Shown in pieces: positions 1 through 10,903 of a stretch of DNA of 61,643 nucleotides. Made by a program: the position numbers and the translations under genes. The notes beneath the pieces were generated by a model that ran no database searches, had not been told where the DNA came from, and saw nothing but the letters and a program-made list of their open reading frames with translations. Numbering within the stretch: the first letter of the stretch is position 1; each line of letters starts with the position of its first letter. This stretch comes from Patescibacteria group bacterium. GTDB lineage: Bacteria > Patescibacteriota > Microgenomatia > Daviesbacterales > UBA10151. Location of the stretch: the NCBI GenBank assembly GCA_943356485.1, contig CALRFD010000003.1, positions 101,815 to 163,457 on the forward strand. The letters are read 5' to 3'.

Positions 1-1
1 T

Positions 2-1417
2 CTGTTTTCAACCTGGTTAATTTTTATGATTATTCCCAAAGAAAACTGGTCGCTGCTTCTACCGATAGGGTTTATATTCTTACATGTTTTAAGAGAGAGG
101 TTAGAGTTAAGACCGGAGATTTTTAGTTTTCTTTTTACCGCTATATCTGTTTATATTCTAAATAAGTACATACAGCAAAAAACAAAATTAATTTATCTGT
201 TACCCCTGATCCAACTTATCTGGATCAATACCCATATTTACTTTTTTGTAGGCTTAATCTTAGAATTCATTTTTCTTATTGATTTGTTTATTAGGAGACG
301 AGGTGTGAATGTAATCCACCCTTCGGGTGGTCTAGCTTGGCACCTTGTCTTAATTCTTCTACTATCCCTTGGAGTGAGTTTAATTAATCCTAATGGTATA
401 AGAGGACTACTTTATCCTTTGAATGTAAATGCAAACTATGGCTACAGCATCGTAGAGAACCAAACCATGTTCCTACTCCAAAACATAGGATTTAGGGATC
501 CTAACTTTTTGTTCGTAAAACTCGCGGTAACAATTTGTGCGATCGCATTATTTGTTGCCGCGGCGAGAAGGGTGTTTGATTTAAGGAATATTTTGTTGGT
601 TGTTTTTGGAGCTGGTTTAGCTTTACTTAATGTCAGAAGCTTTCCTTATCTGATTTTTTTATCTCTGCCTTCTGTAATGATCAGTTTAGGCAGCATTAAA
701 AGAAGCTGGTTTACGAATTTTTTATCCGTTGTTACTTTTGTTTTACTGATTACAGAATCATTTCTTTACCTTAACGGCGACTATTACAAATATATCGAAA
801 ACCCAAATACTCCAACTTTAAGCTACGTTGAATCAGGAGAGAAAGCTTTGGATTTTGTTTTAGCGAATAATCTCCCTCAGCCGATCTTTAATAACTTTGA
901 TATCGGCAGCTATATTATTTACAGGGGATTCCCAAAATACCGGGTATTTGTTGACGGCAGGCCGGAGGCATACCCGGCCGAATTTTTCCTTAATACCTAT
1001 ATTCCTGACCAGTATGATTACAATAAATTTAAAATCTTGGAAAGCCAGGTAAATTTTAAAACTATTATTTTTTCCCATACTGACCAGACTCCTTGGGGAG
1101 TTTCATTTTTAAAATCTGTAGTAGCAGACAGCACCTGGAAAATAGTCTATATTGATGACTTTATGATTATATTAACTAAGCCCGAAGTGACTAACCAAAA
1201 ACAAATACCTATATTAGATCTTGCTCAATTGAATCCTGATTCTTATCAATTTAGCAGCTACTTGTCTTATCTAAAATTAGGTCTATTTCTGCTTAGAACG
1301 CAAAATACAGAAAGCGCCGGAAGGTTTATTGAAAAAACTCTTAAGCTTTTTCCAAAAGATCCAATTGCTAATTCATTAATAGGAAACCAGCTTCCTACAA
1401 ATTGGTTTTTTTGGTAG
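2..1417 (+). CDS. polytopic membrane protein, 5'-partial
   Basis: ORF track 26..1417. The same frame has no stop back to nt 2, so the gene probably starts upstream of the window. Many hydrophobic helices. A REP-like hairpin lies in frame at 316..345. Confidence 0.45.
   Translation: MFSTWLIFMIIPKENWSLLLPIGFIFLHVLRERLELRPEIFSFLFTAISVYILNKYIQQKTKLIYLLPLIQLIWINTHIYFFVGLILEFIFLIDLFIRRRGVNVIHPSGGLAWHLVLILLLSLGVSLINPNGIRGLLYPLNVNANYGYSIVENQTMFLLQNIGFRDPNFLFVKLAVTICAIALFVAAARRVFDLRNILLVVFGAGLALLNVRSFPYLIFLSLPSVMISLGSIKRSWFTNFLSVVTFVLLITESFLYLNGDYYKYIENPNTPTLSYVESGEKALDFVLANNLPQPIFNNFDIGSYIIYRGFPKYRVFVDGRPEAYPAEFFLNTYIPDQYDYNKFKILESQVNFKTIIFSHTDQTPWGVSFLKSVVADSTWKIVYIDDFMIILTKPEVTNQKQIPILDLAQLNPDSYQFSSYLSYLKLGLFLLRTQNTESAGRFIEKTLKLFPKDPIANSLIGNQLPTNWFFW
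316..345. repeat. REP-like UUCG-hairpin element, copy 1 (inside a coding region)
   Basis: CCACCCTTCGGGTGGTCTAGCTTGGCACCT is the reverse complement of the family consensus. Translated in frame as HPSGGLAWH. Confidence 0.6.
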
Positions 1418-2306
1418 ACATCAGGAAAAAGTAAAGCACAATTACAAATGTGGCTAAGGGTGATAACCAAATAGGTATATTAAATCCAAAACCATCAAGA
1501 ATCATTATAGCTCCCAAAAACAATACAGAATACATTGCCCCATTTTTCAAAAAAATATATTTTTTGATCCTGTCAATGTTACTTAAAGTCAGTTGCCTGA
1601 CAATAATTGCCCCGATCCCGTTTCCAATTAAGATCAGTGGGACTGAAAGAGTATATGCAAAAGAGCCAATCACTCCGTCAATTGAAAACGTCGCATCAAT
1701 TACCTCAAGAAAAAGGATCTTTGCCAGATCAGATTTCACTGAAGAGAGCAGATTCTTTTCACTTCTTTCAGCAGTCTGCCTAAAACCATGAATTATGAAA
1801 AACGAAGTAGAACCAACCACTGCCCCAAAAGCCATCAGCGGGTTGGTGTTAACAGAAAACCAGACTACGACAGCTAAAATGATTGAGACAAGTGCGTAAA
1901 ACCAAACACCCTGCTTTTGAAAAAAACTCTCACCTTTTAATCCAAATTCCTTAGGTTCTAAAAATAGCCAATGGAAAAAAAGAAAAATTAAGAAGATGCC
2001 TCCTCCTGTTAATAAAACATGAGATGAACGCTCAATAGCCATTGCCACTTCCGGATTACTCGATAACGCGGCTGTTAGCGCCCCAAAAGGGCCTAGGCTA
2101 GGGTTCGTTAACCAAACTATTGCCCAAGGCAATGCGCCTCTTAATAAAAACACTGCTATCAAAAGACCCCAAAATAAAAACCATCTCCTGGCTTTCTGTG
2201 ACATAGTAGAAAGTACCTCAGCGTTAATTATTGCGTTATCAACTGAAGAGATAGTTTCAAAAAGGATTAATCCAAATACAGTTAAAAAGATTGCTAAGAT
2301 AGACAT
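1395..2306 (-). CDS. DUF475/TerC-like integral membrane protein
   Basis: N-terminal ETISSVDNAIINAEVL motif typical of the DUF475/TerC family; multi-TM. Confidence 0.5.
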   Translation of the reverse strand: MSILAIFLTVFGLILFETISSVDNAIINAEVLSTMSQKARRWFLFWGLLIAVFLLRGALPWAIVWLTNPSLGPFGALTAALSSNPEVAMAIERSSHVLLTGGGIFLIFLFFHWLFLEPKEFGLKGESFFQKQGVWFYALVSIILAVVVWFSVNTNPLMAFGAVVGSTSFFIIHGFRQTAERSEKNLLSSVKSDLAKILFLEVIDATFSIDGVIGSFAYTLSVPLILIGNGIGAIIVRQLTLSNIDRIKKYIFLKNGAMYSVLFLGAIMILDGFGFNIPIWLSPLATFVIVLYFFLMSTKKTNL

Positions 2307-2335
2307 GCTTTGATTATACTAAACTAACAAATTAA

Positions 2336-3637
2336 ATGCTTAAAAGAATTAATCCTGATCTATTAACAAAATTTCTAATATTTCTTGTCATCTTCTCCCT
2401 TGGACTGGGGCTCGGTTCAACTTATATAAATAAAAACTCTCAGACTACAACCAAATTTGTAGAAAAAAATACTGCAAAGGCATTTATCTCGGAAATCTAC
2501 GATAAAATAAAGGAGAACTATTGGGATAATACTTCAGATAACCAACTTCTGGATTTATTTAAACTCTCCTTTGACAAAAATGGTGGGTCAATATCTGTCG
2601 CTAAATTTGAGAGTAAAGAAAAACTCCTGGGAAGTATCGCCGAAAGCACCCATAACATGAATGAAGATCAGAGAAATAAATTCCTTTCCAATGTAGCAGG
2701 TACTGTTCTTGCTTCCCTAAATCCATCCGGCAGATCCGGTCTTTATACACAAAAAAATGAGGAGCAGTTAAAAAATACCGTCAATAACGTAGATCCGGGT
2801 AAAGATTTATATTCAGACTTAGGTTTGTCTAAAGGCGCATCCTCTGAAGCAGTAACCAAGGCATATCAGAAAAAAGCCGAAGATTTAAAAAAGGATAACT
2901 CACCTCAAGCGCAGGAAAAATTAAAACAAATAGCCTATTCTAAGGATGTTTTAACAAAGCAGGATACCAAATTAAGATATGACAGCGCTCAAATTGAACC
3001 GACGATTTTTACGAGGATTGCCAGACCGGGAATTCTATACATGCAGTTTAAAAAATTCTCTCCCACCTCCTATGATGAATTTATAAAAGCTTTTGATGCT
3101 TACAAAGATGATCCAAATTTGACTGGATTAATCTTTGATTTGAGGGGAAACATCGGAGGGGCAATAGATGCTACCCCATATTTTCTGGGTAATTTTATTG
3201 GAAAAAATCAATACGCCTTTGATTTTTACCACAAGGGTGAATATCTGCCGTTTAAAACACCAACGGAAAAATTAGCATCAGTTTCGAAATATAAACAGGT
3301 GGTAATCCTGGTTGATAATCAAACCCAATCATCGGCTGAAATTATGACCGCCTCTTTTAAAAAATACCATGTTGGCGTGGTAGTTGGGGTTCCTACCAAA
3401 GGATGGGGGACTGTGGAACGGGTTTTTCCGCTGGATAATCAAATTAGCAAAACCGAAATATATTCTATTTTTTTAGTGCATTCAATAACGATCAGAGAAG
3501 ATAACCAGCCGATTGAAGGCAGGGGAGTAGAACCTGACATAAATATTAAGGGAGAAAATTGGCAAAATCAGCTACTGCAGTACTATAATAACCAATCGTT
3601 AATTGAGGCAATCAGGGAGATCTTAAACCGTTCCTAA
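2336..3637 (+). CDS. S41-family (C-terminal processing) peptidase-like protein with an internal J-like segment
   Basis: N-terminal TM anchor. LIFDLRGNIGGAID, QSSAEIM and PTKGWG resemble S41 motifs. DLYSDLGLSKGASSEAVTKAYQKKAEDL...LRYD resembles a J-domain but lacks HPD. Confidence 0.55.
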   Translation: MLKRINPDLLTKFLIFLVIFSLGLGLGSTYINKNSQTTTKFVEKNTAKAFISEIYDKIKENYWDNTSDNQLLDLFKLSFDKNGGSISVAKFESKEKLLGSIAESTHNMNEDQRNKFLSNVAGTVLASLNPSGRSGLYTQKNEEQLKNTVNNVDPGKDLYSDLGLSKGASSEAVTKAYQKKAEDLKKDNSPQAQEKLKQIAYSKDVLTKQDTKLRYDSAQIEPTIFTRIARPGILYMQFKKFSPTSYDEFIKAFDAYKDDPNLTGLIFDLRGNIGGAIDATPYFLGNFIGKNQYAFDFYHKGEYLPFKTPTEKLASVSKYKQVVILVDNQTQSSAEIMTASFKKYHVGVVVGVPTKGWGTVERVFPLDNQISKTEIYSIFLVHSITIREDNQPIEGRGVEPDINIKGENWQNQLLQYYNNQSLIEAIREILNRS

Positions 3638-4289
3638 ATCCTTCTATAAATCTCCTGGTGCTGCTGCCCAAAATTGCCCCTACATTTTCAGGAATTTTTT
3701 TCCAATTAATTTTACCTAATATTTTTTTAAATTCCATGCTGGCAGTTATCTGATGGCAGGAAAAGGACTTTTCTTTATATACAATTTTCTCCAGATCAAG
3801 GAAAGGAACAGGGGAGGTAACTGAGCTTGGAATAACCACTCTGGCTTGCAGGTAGTCTAGCTGCTCGTTTGGTTTCCAGAATCCGAATTTTTCCTCGCCC
3901 AACTTGCCTTTTTCTCTTAATGCATCAAAGATACAATCTGCCTGATCTAAAACGGCTTCTGCTTCATCACTTCTATCAGTGCCGGAATCAAGAGTAGCAA
4001 GGTAAGCTGTCCCTGTAATCCAGGGAAAACGGAACACTCTTTTAATAAGTCCTCCTCTTTGCAGAGTTATAACTTCATCTTTCTTTGCTTGTTCTACTAG
4101 AGATTTATTTAACGTATCTTTTGAAGGAGTAGGTGTCAGCACGCCAGGAGCGCTGGGAGATAAAACAAGAGCAGGCCTATTGGGCAAAGAATTTTCCACT
4201 GAGGGATCTGTACACCCAACACCAAGGGCTACCACTAAGGGTAAGGTACTTAAAACACCATATTTAATGCCTCTTTCTAAAGGATTCAT
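3612..4289 (-). CDS. hypothetical lipoprotein
   Basis: ORF track 3612..4310. An internal Met (MNPLERG) avoids overlap with the upstream gene. Signal peptide with lipobox LGVGC. Confidence 0.4.
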   Translation of the reverse strand: MNPLERGIKYGVLSTLPLVVALGVGCTDPSVENSLPNRPALVLSPSAPGVLTPTPSKDTLNKSLVEQAKKDEVITLQRGGLIKRVFRFPWITGTAYLATLDSGTDRSDEAEAVLDQADCIFDALREKGKLGEEKFGFWKPNEQLDYLQARVVIPSSVTSPVPFLDLEKIVYKEKSFSCHQITASMEFKKILGKINWKKIPENVGAILGSSTRRFIEGFRNGLRSP

Positions 4290-4297
4290 TTTTACTG

Positions 4298-4756
4298 TTA
4301 GCCCTTCCAACCCCGGTTTGGATCTTTTCTCATTAACTCTGTCTCAGTAGGCCGGCTATAATCATCCTCTAATCTGTAAGTATTACCTATTTCAGGTGTG
4401 GAGACCTCCAATACATCAGCAACTTCTACTCCCACCAGGCGGTGCTTTTGACCCTGGCTGGTGGTATAGCCAACCCCTTTTTCCATATTTATTTCATCCA
4501 GATCTCCTTTGGTATTTTCAATTACCATAGTCACTTTTCCGGAAAGTAAGAACCAGCTTTCGGTTTTTTTATCATGGACTTGTAGACTTAGTTTCTTTCC
4601 GCTGTTTATGTGTAATATTTTACCCATGTATGGAGCTACTTCCGCTACAAAGTGAAGTTCATACCCCCAGGGCTTTTCTACTTTTTTAATATAAGATTTA
4701 TTTCTAAATTTTGATCTGTCTATAGTTTTTAGAAATCCGGCTAAATCTTCATCCAT
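4298..4756 (-). CDS. cupin-domain protein (mannose-6-phosphate isomerase type II-like)
   Basis: KPWGYELHF...LSLQVHDKKTESWFLLSGKV...QKHRL is a cupin/PMI-like pattern. Confidence 0.55.
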   Translation of the reverse strand: MDEDLAGFLKTIDRSKFRNKSYIKKVEKPWGYELHFVAEVAPYMGKILHINSGKKLSLQVHDKKTESWFLLSGKVTMVIENTKGDLDEINMEKGVGYTTSQGQKHRLVGVEVADVLEVSTPEIGNTYRLEDDYSRPTETELMRKDPNRGWKG

Positions 4757-4760
4757 TCTT

Positions 4761-6392
4761 CTAGTATAACATTGTGGGTAAACTATAACCCTGCGCTCTC
4801 AATTTATCCAGATGTTCTTGCCTGCGCTCTTTAGTAAACCCTATTCTTTCCATCACTTCATCAGAATGGCTTTCAGTAGAAATTCCAGGTAATAGTTTAT
4901 GGGTTGAGGTACTGCCTGAAAATTCCACCTGCCAGAATCGGCCTAATTTTCTTTTCCTAAAATCCTCTGCAAGCTGATGGTTATGGGTAACTAATATAGT
5001 ACTATTACCAATCCTGGCAAAATCCTTCAATATCTCTGCTGAATGCATTAATCTTTCTTCGTAAGTTGTCGCTTCAATTAATTCATCAAGCATCACCAGA
5101 CTTTGAGGAGTGGTTTGAAAAAATATATCCCTTACCCCGCTGCCTTCTGTACCGAGTCTTCCCTCACTGTCTCGTAAACTGTTTATCATCGGAGCCTGAT
5201 AAAAGACCCTGTCAGCCACAGAAACTCTAGCTTCCTTTCCGGGTATCGCTGAGCCAATTTGTGCCAGAATTTGAGCTTGGGCAATAGACTTACAGGTAGA
5301 GGTTTTCCCTCCGCTGTTAGGACCTGTTAGAAACGTCAGCCTTTCTTCGTCAAGGTCTATATCGTTTGGAACATAGTTTGGATCATCCAAAACCATGCGA
5401 GGATTAGACAAACCCTTAACCATAAACTGATGATAGGGGGAATCTATTATTTCCGGAATAGTGGATAATCCCTTTAAGCTTTCACCGTATTTTACCAGGG
5501 TCAGGATCTCATCAATCCTGCCTAAATCATCAACTGCCTGCGAAATAGCCTGGCTCCTAAAATAGCGTTTGGCCATTGGCTTTATAAATAAATCATCATC
5601 AGCTATCCTGTGAAATCCGCGGAGGGCACTTACCAGTAGAAGCATCGGTACTGTTGTTTGCATAAGTTCCCCTGCAGTCTCACCTGCCCTTGAAATTATG
5701 GGTAGGTTTGATGCACCACTCAGCAGTGCCAGCGAACTACCTGCTAATGCAGTCATAAATAATATCGAGCCAAGCGCTCCTGTGGCGCCAATATAAAAAT
5801 GTGGTTTTAAATCACGAGGATAAAAAGTAAATTTCGGTAAATACCATGGGGTATTATCTTCTAGCCTTAAACCTAAAGGGGTTCCAAATATCTCTTGCTT
5901 AACCCAATCATAATCATTAGAATCCCCAAGACGCTTTAGAGAGCTAACTCTGCTTCTTAAATACTTTGAATGAGGATTTAAACCATCCACATCAACTGAA
6001 TGTTTAAGAAAATCTCTTGTACCCTTAAAGGCCTCGTATAGATTAGGTTGATCCGAGTAACCTAGTTTATAATCTCCGTAAAAATACGAATAAAATTCAT
6101 CCTCATGTTCAGCAGCCTCTTTAAGGTAGCTCTCAACCTTAGCCCTTAGCTTATCATCGAAGCTAAGCTCTTTAACTGCTTCCTGCTTTGACCTTATTTC
6201 AGAAGCAGAGGTTAAGGGTTGCCTGAATGAACGCTTTAAGCTTAGTGACCCTGAGCTGGTAACAGATGTATCCATCGCCTTAAGTAAATCAGGCATCTCC
6301 ACTAGTTGGTAAGTTAACTCATCCATTACAGTGGGTTCAGGATTGAAAATAATATTTCTCTTTTTTGGCAGTTGTTCTAACAAAGTACTCAT
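4761..6392 (-). CDS. MutS-related ATPase (domain V only) with a central hydrophobic segment
   Basis: Walker A LTGPNSGGKTSTCKSIAQAQILAQIG and MLDELIEATTYEE match the MutS ATPase core. There is no mismatch-binding N-terminus. Confidence 0.6.
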   Translation of the reverse strand: MSTLLEQLPKKRNIIFNPEPTVMDELTYQLVEMPDLLKAMDTSVTSSGSLSLKRSFRQPLTSASEIRSKQEAVKELSFDDKLRAKVESYLKEAAEHEDEFYSYFYGDYKLGYSDQPNLYEAFKGTRDFLKHSVDVDGLNPHSKYLRSRVSSLKRLGDSNDYDWVKQEIFGTPLGLRLEDNTPWYLPKFTFYPRDLKPHFYIGATGALGSILFMTALAGSSLALLSGASNLPIISRAGETAGELMQTTVPMLLLVSALRGFHRIADDDLFIKPMAKRYFRSQAISQAVDDLGRIDEILTLVKYGESLKGLSTIPEIIDSPYHQFMVKGLSNPRMVLDDPNYVPNDIDLDEERLTFLTGPNSGGKTSTCKSIAQAQILAQIGSAIPGKEARVSVADRVFYQAPMINSLRDSEGRLGTEGSGVRDIFFQTTPQSLVMLDELIEATTYEERLMHSAEILKDFARIGNSTILVTHNHQLAEDFRKRKLGRFWQVEFSGSTSTHKLLPGISTESHSDEVMERIGFTKERRQEHLDKLRAQGYSLPTMLY

Positions 6393-6440
6393 GACTTTAA
6401 TTATGGGATACTATATTAGCGGGTAATGAAAGTCAAATAA

Positions 6441-7064
6441 TTAAGCCGTATTTTCTTTAGCAATTCTTATATCTTTAGAAATAATCTTTCCGTTTTTATC
6501 AAGTTCATAAACATAAACCTGACCTGTGGCAATTTCAAGCAGGGAAATCTCTTTGTCAGGAATTTGCTCTAAATATTTAACCAAAGCCCGCATGCTGTTT
6601 CCGCTTAGTGAAAGCAGGACATTTTTCCCGGATTTTACCTCAGGCAGGATATTGGAAGCATAGTAGGGGACAATCCGCTCATAAACCTGTTTTAAACTTT
6701 CTCCTGCCTCAATTTGAAAGTCATAGCTTCTTCTGATTTTTTGAAAAGTCTCTTCTCCTACCTCTTTTTTAACTTCCCATTTATTTTTGTTAGTGTAGAC
6801 ACCGTAGTTTCTCTCATTAAGCTCCCAGGCAACTGTAGTTGGCACTTTTAGATTTAAAGCCTTTAGCATCTCACTTAGGGTTTGCCTTGCCCTAACTAAA
6901 ACAGCCGTATATGCCAAATCTATCTTTAAATCCAGGATCGCTTCTCCGGCTTGCTTTGCCTCTTTAAACCCTTTTTTGGATAACCCAGGATCAGACCAGC
7001 CAGTCCAAATTCCTTTGGCATTATAGGTTGACTCTCCATGACGGACTAAAATTAAATTAGCCAT
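6441..7064 (-). CDS. gpmA: 2,3-bisphosphoglycerate-dependent phosphoglycerate mutase
   Basis: [26 protein letters not shown] histidine-phosphatase signature; adjacent to eno. Confidence 0.8.
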   Translation of the reverse strand: MANLILVRHGESTYNAKGIWTGWSDPGLSKKGFKEAKQAGEAILDLKIDLAYTAVLVRARQTLSEMLKALNLKVPTTVAWELNERNYGVYTNKNKWEVKKEVGEETFQKIRRSYDFQIEAGESLKQVYERIVPYYASNILPEVKSGKNVLLSLSGNSMRALVKYLEQIPDKEISLLEIATGQVYVYELDKNGKIISKDIRIAKENTA

Positions 7065-8355
7065 TTTTCTTTAAAATTCCTCCTCCAATATATAAAGCCT
7101 TGTTCCCCAGCTCTTTTTCTATTCTAAGCAGTTGATTATATTTTGCCACCCTCTCAGTCCGAGACATCGAACCTGTTTTTATCTGTCCGCTGGAGAGTCC
7201 TACTGCCAGATCAGCAATAGTTGTATCTTCAGTTTCACCAGAGCGGTGGGAAATTACCGTGCCCCAACTTGCACTTTGTGCCATTGCAACAGTCTTTATT
7301 GTTTCAGTTAAAGTCCCAATCTGGTTTGGCTTAATTAAAATAGCATTGGCAGCTCCTATATCGATCCCTTTTTGTAAAAATTTAGTGTTTGTAACAAATA
7401 AATCATCTCCAACAATTTGTATTTTTTCACCTAATTTTTCAGTTAATTTACGCCAGCCTTCCCAATCATCCTGATCCAAACAGTCCTCCATTGAAACAAT
7501 CGGGAATTTCCGGCTCAATTGCGCAAGCCAGTCAATCATCTCATCCGTAGATAAAACTTTACCCTCGTTTTTAAGATGATACTTACCATCCTTGTAGAAC
7601 TCCGATGCAGCTGCGTCCAGTCCGAAAACAACATCTTCACCCAACTTATAACCTGCCTTAAAAACTGCCTCGGCAATTAACTCAAACGCCTCAGAGTTTC
7701 CATTCTTAACTAAAGGAGCATATCCTCCTTCATCACCAACAGATGTGCAGTAACCTTTTTTATCTAAAACCTTAGCCAAGGTATGAAATATTTCTGAGCT
7801 TATCTGGACAGCCTGGCTAAAAGTCTCTGCCCCTGATGGAAATATCATGTATTCCTGTAGATCCATCGCCCAATTAGCATGTTTACCGCCATTAATAATA
7901 TTTATCATGGGCAAAGGTAGAAGGAAATCTTCTTTCTTTCCTGAAAGTTTCGAAATATATTGAAATAACGGTATTTTCAGGCAAGCGCAAGCTGCATGCG
8001 AGCAGGCTAGCGATACAGCCAGTATCGCATTCGCCCCCAGATTGGATTTATTTTCAGTCCCGTCTAAATCAATCATGGTTTGATCAATTAGAAACTGATC
8101 TTCTATATTTAATCCCCTCAGAGCATTTGATATTTTACTATTGATATTTTCTACAGCTTTTAAAACGCCTTTACCGTTGTATTTTTGGTAATCCTCATCG
8201 CGTAACTCCAATGCCTCACGCGCTCCGGTAGATGCGCCGGATGGTGCAGCAGCCCTGCCGGATGTATTATCCTCAAGATAAACCTGCGCCTCAACTGTAG
8301 GATTACCTCTTGAGTCAAGGATTTGCATAGCAGAGATGCTTTGAATTTTTGACAT
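7057..8355 (-). CDS. eno: enolase
   Basis: [23 protein letters not shown]..., [39 protein letters not shown]. Start moved to the conserved MSKI Met (ORF track 7057..8382). Confidence 0.95.
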   Translation of the reverse strand: MSKIQSISAMQILDSRGNPTVEAQVYLEDNTSGRAAAPSGASTGAREALELRDEDYQKYNGKGVLKAVENINSKISNALRGLNIEDQFLIDQTMIDLDGTENKSNLGANAILAVSLACSHAACACLKIPLFQYISKLSGKKEDFLLPLPMINIINGGKHANWAMDLQEYMIFPSGAETFSQAVQISSEIFHTLAKVLDKKGYCTSVGDEGGYAPLVKNGNSEAFELIAEAVFKAGYKLGEDVVFGLDAAASEFYKDGKYHLKNEGKVLSTDEMIDWLAQLSRKFPIVSMEDCLDQDDWEGWRKLTEKLGEKIQIVGDDLFVTNTKFLQKGIDIGAANAILIKPNQIGTLTETIKTVAMAQSASWGTVISHRSGETEDTTIADLAVGLSSGQIKTGSMSRTERVAKYNQLLRIEKELGNKALYIGGGILKKNG

Positions 8356-8373
8356 ATTAAGTATAATAGCAAA

Positions 8374-9603
8374 ATGAATCAAAAAAGATTAGCGGTCATT
8401 TCTTATCATACCTGTCCGCTCTCGGATGAAAAAGATGCAGAGATCGGTGGAATCAACACCTACGTTTTGGAGCTTTCAAAATCACTAGTAAAAGTCGGCT
8501 ACCTCGTTGATATTTTTACCAGATGCGTTCACAAGGACAGCCCGAAGATAGTTAGTCCTTCAAGCAATCTCCGCATCATACACCTGGACGCAGGGCAAAA
8601 AGTCAAAAGAGATAAAAAAGAACTCATCCAATATATCCCTGAATTTATCTACAACCTTTTAGGATTTATGCAGAGGGAGAACTTCAAATACGATTTAATC
8701 TCTGCCCATTACTATATGTCGGGAATAATTGGGCTGGAGATTAAAAAAGTTAAAAAAATGCCAATGATAATGACTTTTCATACCCTAGGATTAATGAAAA
8801 ATTTGGTAGCCCGAAATGAAAGTGAAAAAGCAGATTTTTTTAGGATCGAATCAGAGATAGCGCTTTGCCGCCAGTCAGACCGGATAATAGCTACCAGCGA
8901 AGCAGATATGGAGTATATCAATTCTTTATATGATTGCCCAAAGGAAAAAATCTGCATCCTTACTCCGGGGGTAGATTTAAATCTTTTTAAACCTATCGAT
9001 AAAAAATTGGCTAAAGATAAAATAGGCGCAGAGCCGGATCACAAACTTATTTTGTTTGTTGGGAGAATTGAGGCTTTAAAGGGAATTGATGTGCTCCTTT
9101 ATGCTATAAAAATCCTGGCGCAGAAAAATTTGCTTCCTAAAATATGTTTGTGGATTGTCGGAGGCAGTAGAAAAGGAGACCGGGAAGAGTGGCCAGAGGA
9201 GCTGTTAAGGTTAGAGGCTATCAGGAAATTGTTAAAAATCTCATCCTTTGTAAAATTTGTGGGCAAGAAAAGCCGATTGGAGCTGCCTTTTTATTACAAC
9301 TCCTGCGAGGTCGCTATTATGCCATCATTATATGAGTCGTTTGGTCAAACTACTCTGGAAGCAATGGCCTGCGGGGTACCGGTAATCACCACCGATGTTT
9401 CAGGAGTTTCCAGTTTTTTGGATTCAGATCATAACTCTCTTATCACCTCAGCAAGTAATCCTATAATGCTGGCGCAAAAGATATTTAATCTGCTAAAAGA
9501 TGATAAGAAACGGGAAAAAATGAGTCAGGAAGTTTATGAAAAGGTAGCCGATCTAAGCTGGGATAAACTGGCTGAAAAATTTGATTATTTCTTAACCAAG
9601 TAA
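8374..9603 (+). CDS. GT4-family glycosyltransferase
   Basis: [12 protein letters not shown]-terminus and [19 protein letters not shown]-terminal GT-B motif. Confidence 0.75.
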   Translation: MNQKRLAVISYHTCPLSDEKDAEIGGINTYVLELSKSLVKVGYLVDIFTRCVHKDSPKIVSPSSNLRIIHLDAGQKVKRDKKELIQYIPEFIYNLLGFMQRENFKYDLISAHYYMSGIIGLEIKKVKKMPMIMTFHTLGLMKNLVARNESEKADFFRIESEIALCRQSDRIIATSEADMEYINSLYDCPKEKICILTPGVDLNLFKPIDKKLAKDKIGAEPDHKLILFVGRIEALKGIDVLLYAIKILAQKNLLPKICLWIVGGSRKGDREEWPEELLRLEAIRKLLKISSFVKFVGKKSRLELPFYYNSCEVAIMPSLYESFGQTTLEAMACGVPVITTDVSGVSSFLDSDHNSLITSASNPIMLAQKIFNLLKDDKKREKMSQEVYEKVADLSWDKLAEKFDYFLTK

Positions 9604-10139
9604 AATTCCCCTGTTTTTATATAATCACCTTTATCAGGACGTAGCGCTGAGTTAGAAATCGTCAAACCTTCGTTTAAAATCTTAACTGCCATGATTGGAT
9701 CGCCGTGAGAGACTGCCACAATATTTTTCCCTTTATATTTTCTTACAACTTTTTCAATGAATTTCTTCATCCTCTCTTCTAACTCTTGCGCTGTTTCTCC
9801 CCTAACATTATTTTTATTCGAAGCCAATACATCGTAGTGAATTGTCTGAAGAAATTCATCAGAGCTTCCCTGCAAGGATGAATCAATCTCCAGGATATCT
9901 TTTGAAAAATGGATTTTTTTTAATCCTAATATCTGCTTTATAATTTCCGCGCTTTGCCTGGCCCGGAGCAGGGGACTGGAAAAAATGACCGCTATATTTT
10001 TCTTTAATAACTTTTTTGCGGTTTCTTCAATCTCTCTTCTTCCTTTTTTTGTTAAACCAAATCCGGGAAGCCGGCCGTAGAAAACCTTATTTGGATTATC
10101 TACCTCACCATGCCTGACAAAATAAATTGAGGTTGTCAT
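9585..10139 (-). CDS. histidine phosphatase family protein
   Basis: IYFVRHGEVDNP ... VAVSHGDPI (RHG/H motifs). Confidence 0.7.
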   Translation of the reverse strand: MTTSIYFVRHGEVDNPNKVFYGRLPGFGLTKKGRREIEETAKKLLKKNIAVIFSSPLLRARQSAEIIKQILGLKKIHFSKDILEIDSSLQGSSDEFLQTIHYDVLASNKNNVRGETAQELEERMKKFIEKVVRKYKGKNIVAVSHGDPIMAVKILNEGLTISNSALRPDKGDYIKTGEFYLVKK

Positions 10140-10151
10140 AATTTAAACAGA

Positions 10152-10391
10152 TTATACTATCAATTTCTCTTTTTCTACCCTGTCAAACCTTTTTATTTCA
10201 GCTTCTCTTTTTCTGGCATCAGCTAGAGTCTCATATTCTTCAAAGTATTTTAAGCTCACCGGCCTTCTTATTTTTGTGTAATGCGCGCCGGTTTTAGATC
10301 CATTATGCTCTTTTAACCTTTTCTTCAAATTATTAGTACACCCGGTATAGTAAGTTAAATCTGCACATTGAAGAATATATACATAATACAT
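10152..10391 (-). CDS. GIY-YIG (URI) domain nuclease, small stand-alone
   Basis: MYYVYILQCADLTYYTGCTNNLKKRLKEHN...REAEIKRF. Confidence 0.8.
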   Translation of the reverse strand: MYYVYILQCADLTYYTGCTNNLKKRLKEHNGSKTGAHYTKIRRPVSLKYFEEYETLADARKREAEIKRFDRVEKEKLIV

Positions 10392-10403
10392 TAAGAAGTA
10401 ATT

Positions 10404-10853
10404 TTAAGGCCTGTACTGCGATTTTTTAACCAACTTTGCAGTATATATTATCTCCCTTAGCTGCCCGTCTTCACCTTCTATCTCGTTAGAACCGGAAAGG
10501 CGCTGGTACTCCCTTAAATAATCTGATAATCCATCCGCAAGCTCGGCTTTTTCTGACTTTAAGCCCTTAAGCTTACTGGAAAAACCTGCCACATCTGATC
10601 TTTTCATAATCTCAGATTTTGTTTTAGATTTTATTTTTGCCGCTTCCTTGGCAATTTTGTCATGCTCCTGAAAGGTTTGATCGTTAGCAAAGATATCATC
10701 AACCAGCTCTTTATACTTGGTAATCTCCTCAGTTAAGCTTTCCATCTGGGAGATATGAGTTTTTATCATCTCCTCAATCCTAACTAGCAAAACGCCGTCA
10801 TTTTCAGAAATTGGGGTTATCTTTTCGCCGGGTTTGGTAGTCTTATCATCCAT
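10404..10853 (-). CDS. hypothetical coiled-coil protein
   Basis: ORF track 10404..10880, start uncertain; charged/heptad-rich; no family recognised. Confidence 0.35.
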   Translation of the reverse strand: MDDKTTKPGEKITPISENDGVLLVRIEEMIKTHISQMESLTEEITKYKELVDDIFANDQTFQEHDKIAKEAAKIKSKTKSEIMKRSDVAGFSSKLKGLKSEKAELADGLSDYLREYQRLSGSNEIEGEDGQLREIIYTAKLVKKSQYRP

Positions 10854-10903
10854 AGGTAAACTATCATATCTAATTACCACTTAAAAAAACAAGCGGTAAT
10901 TTT

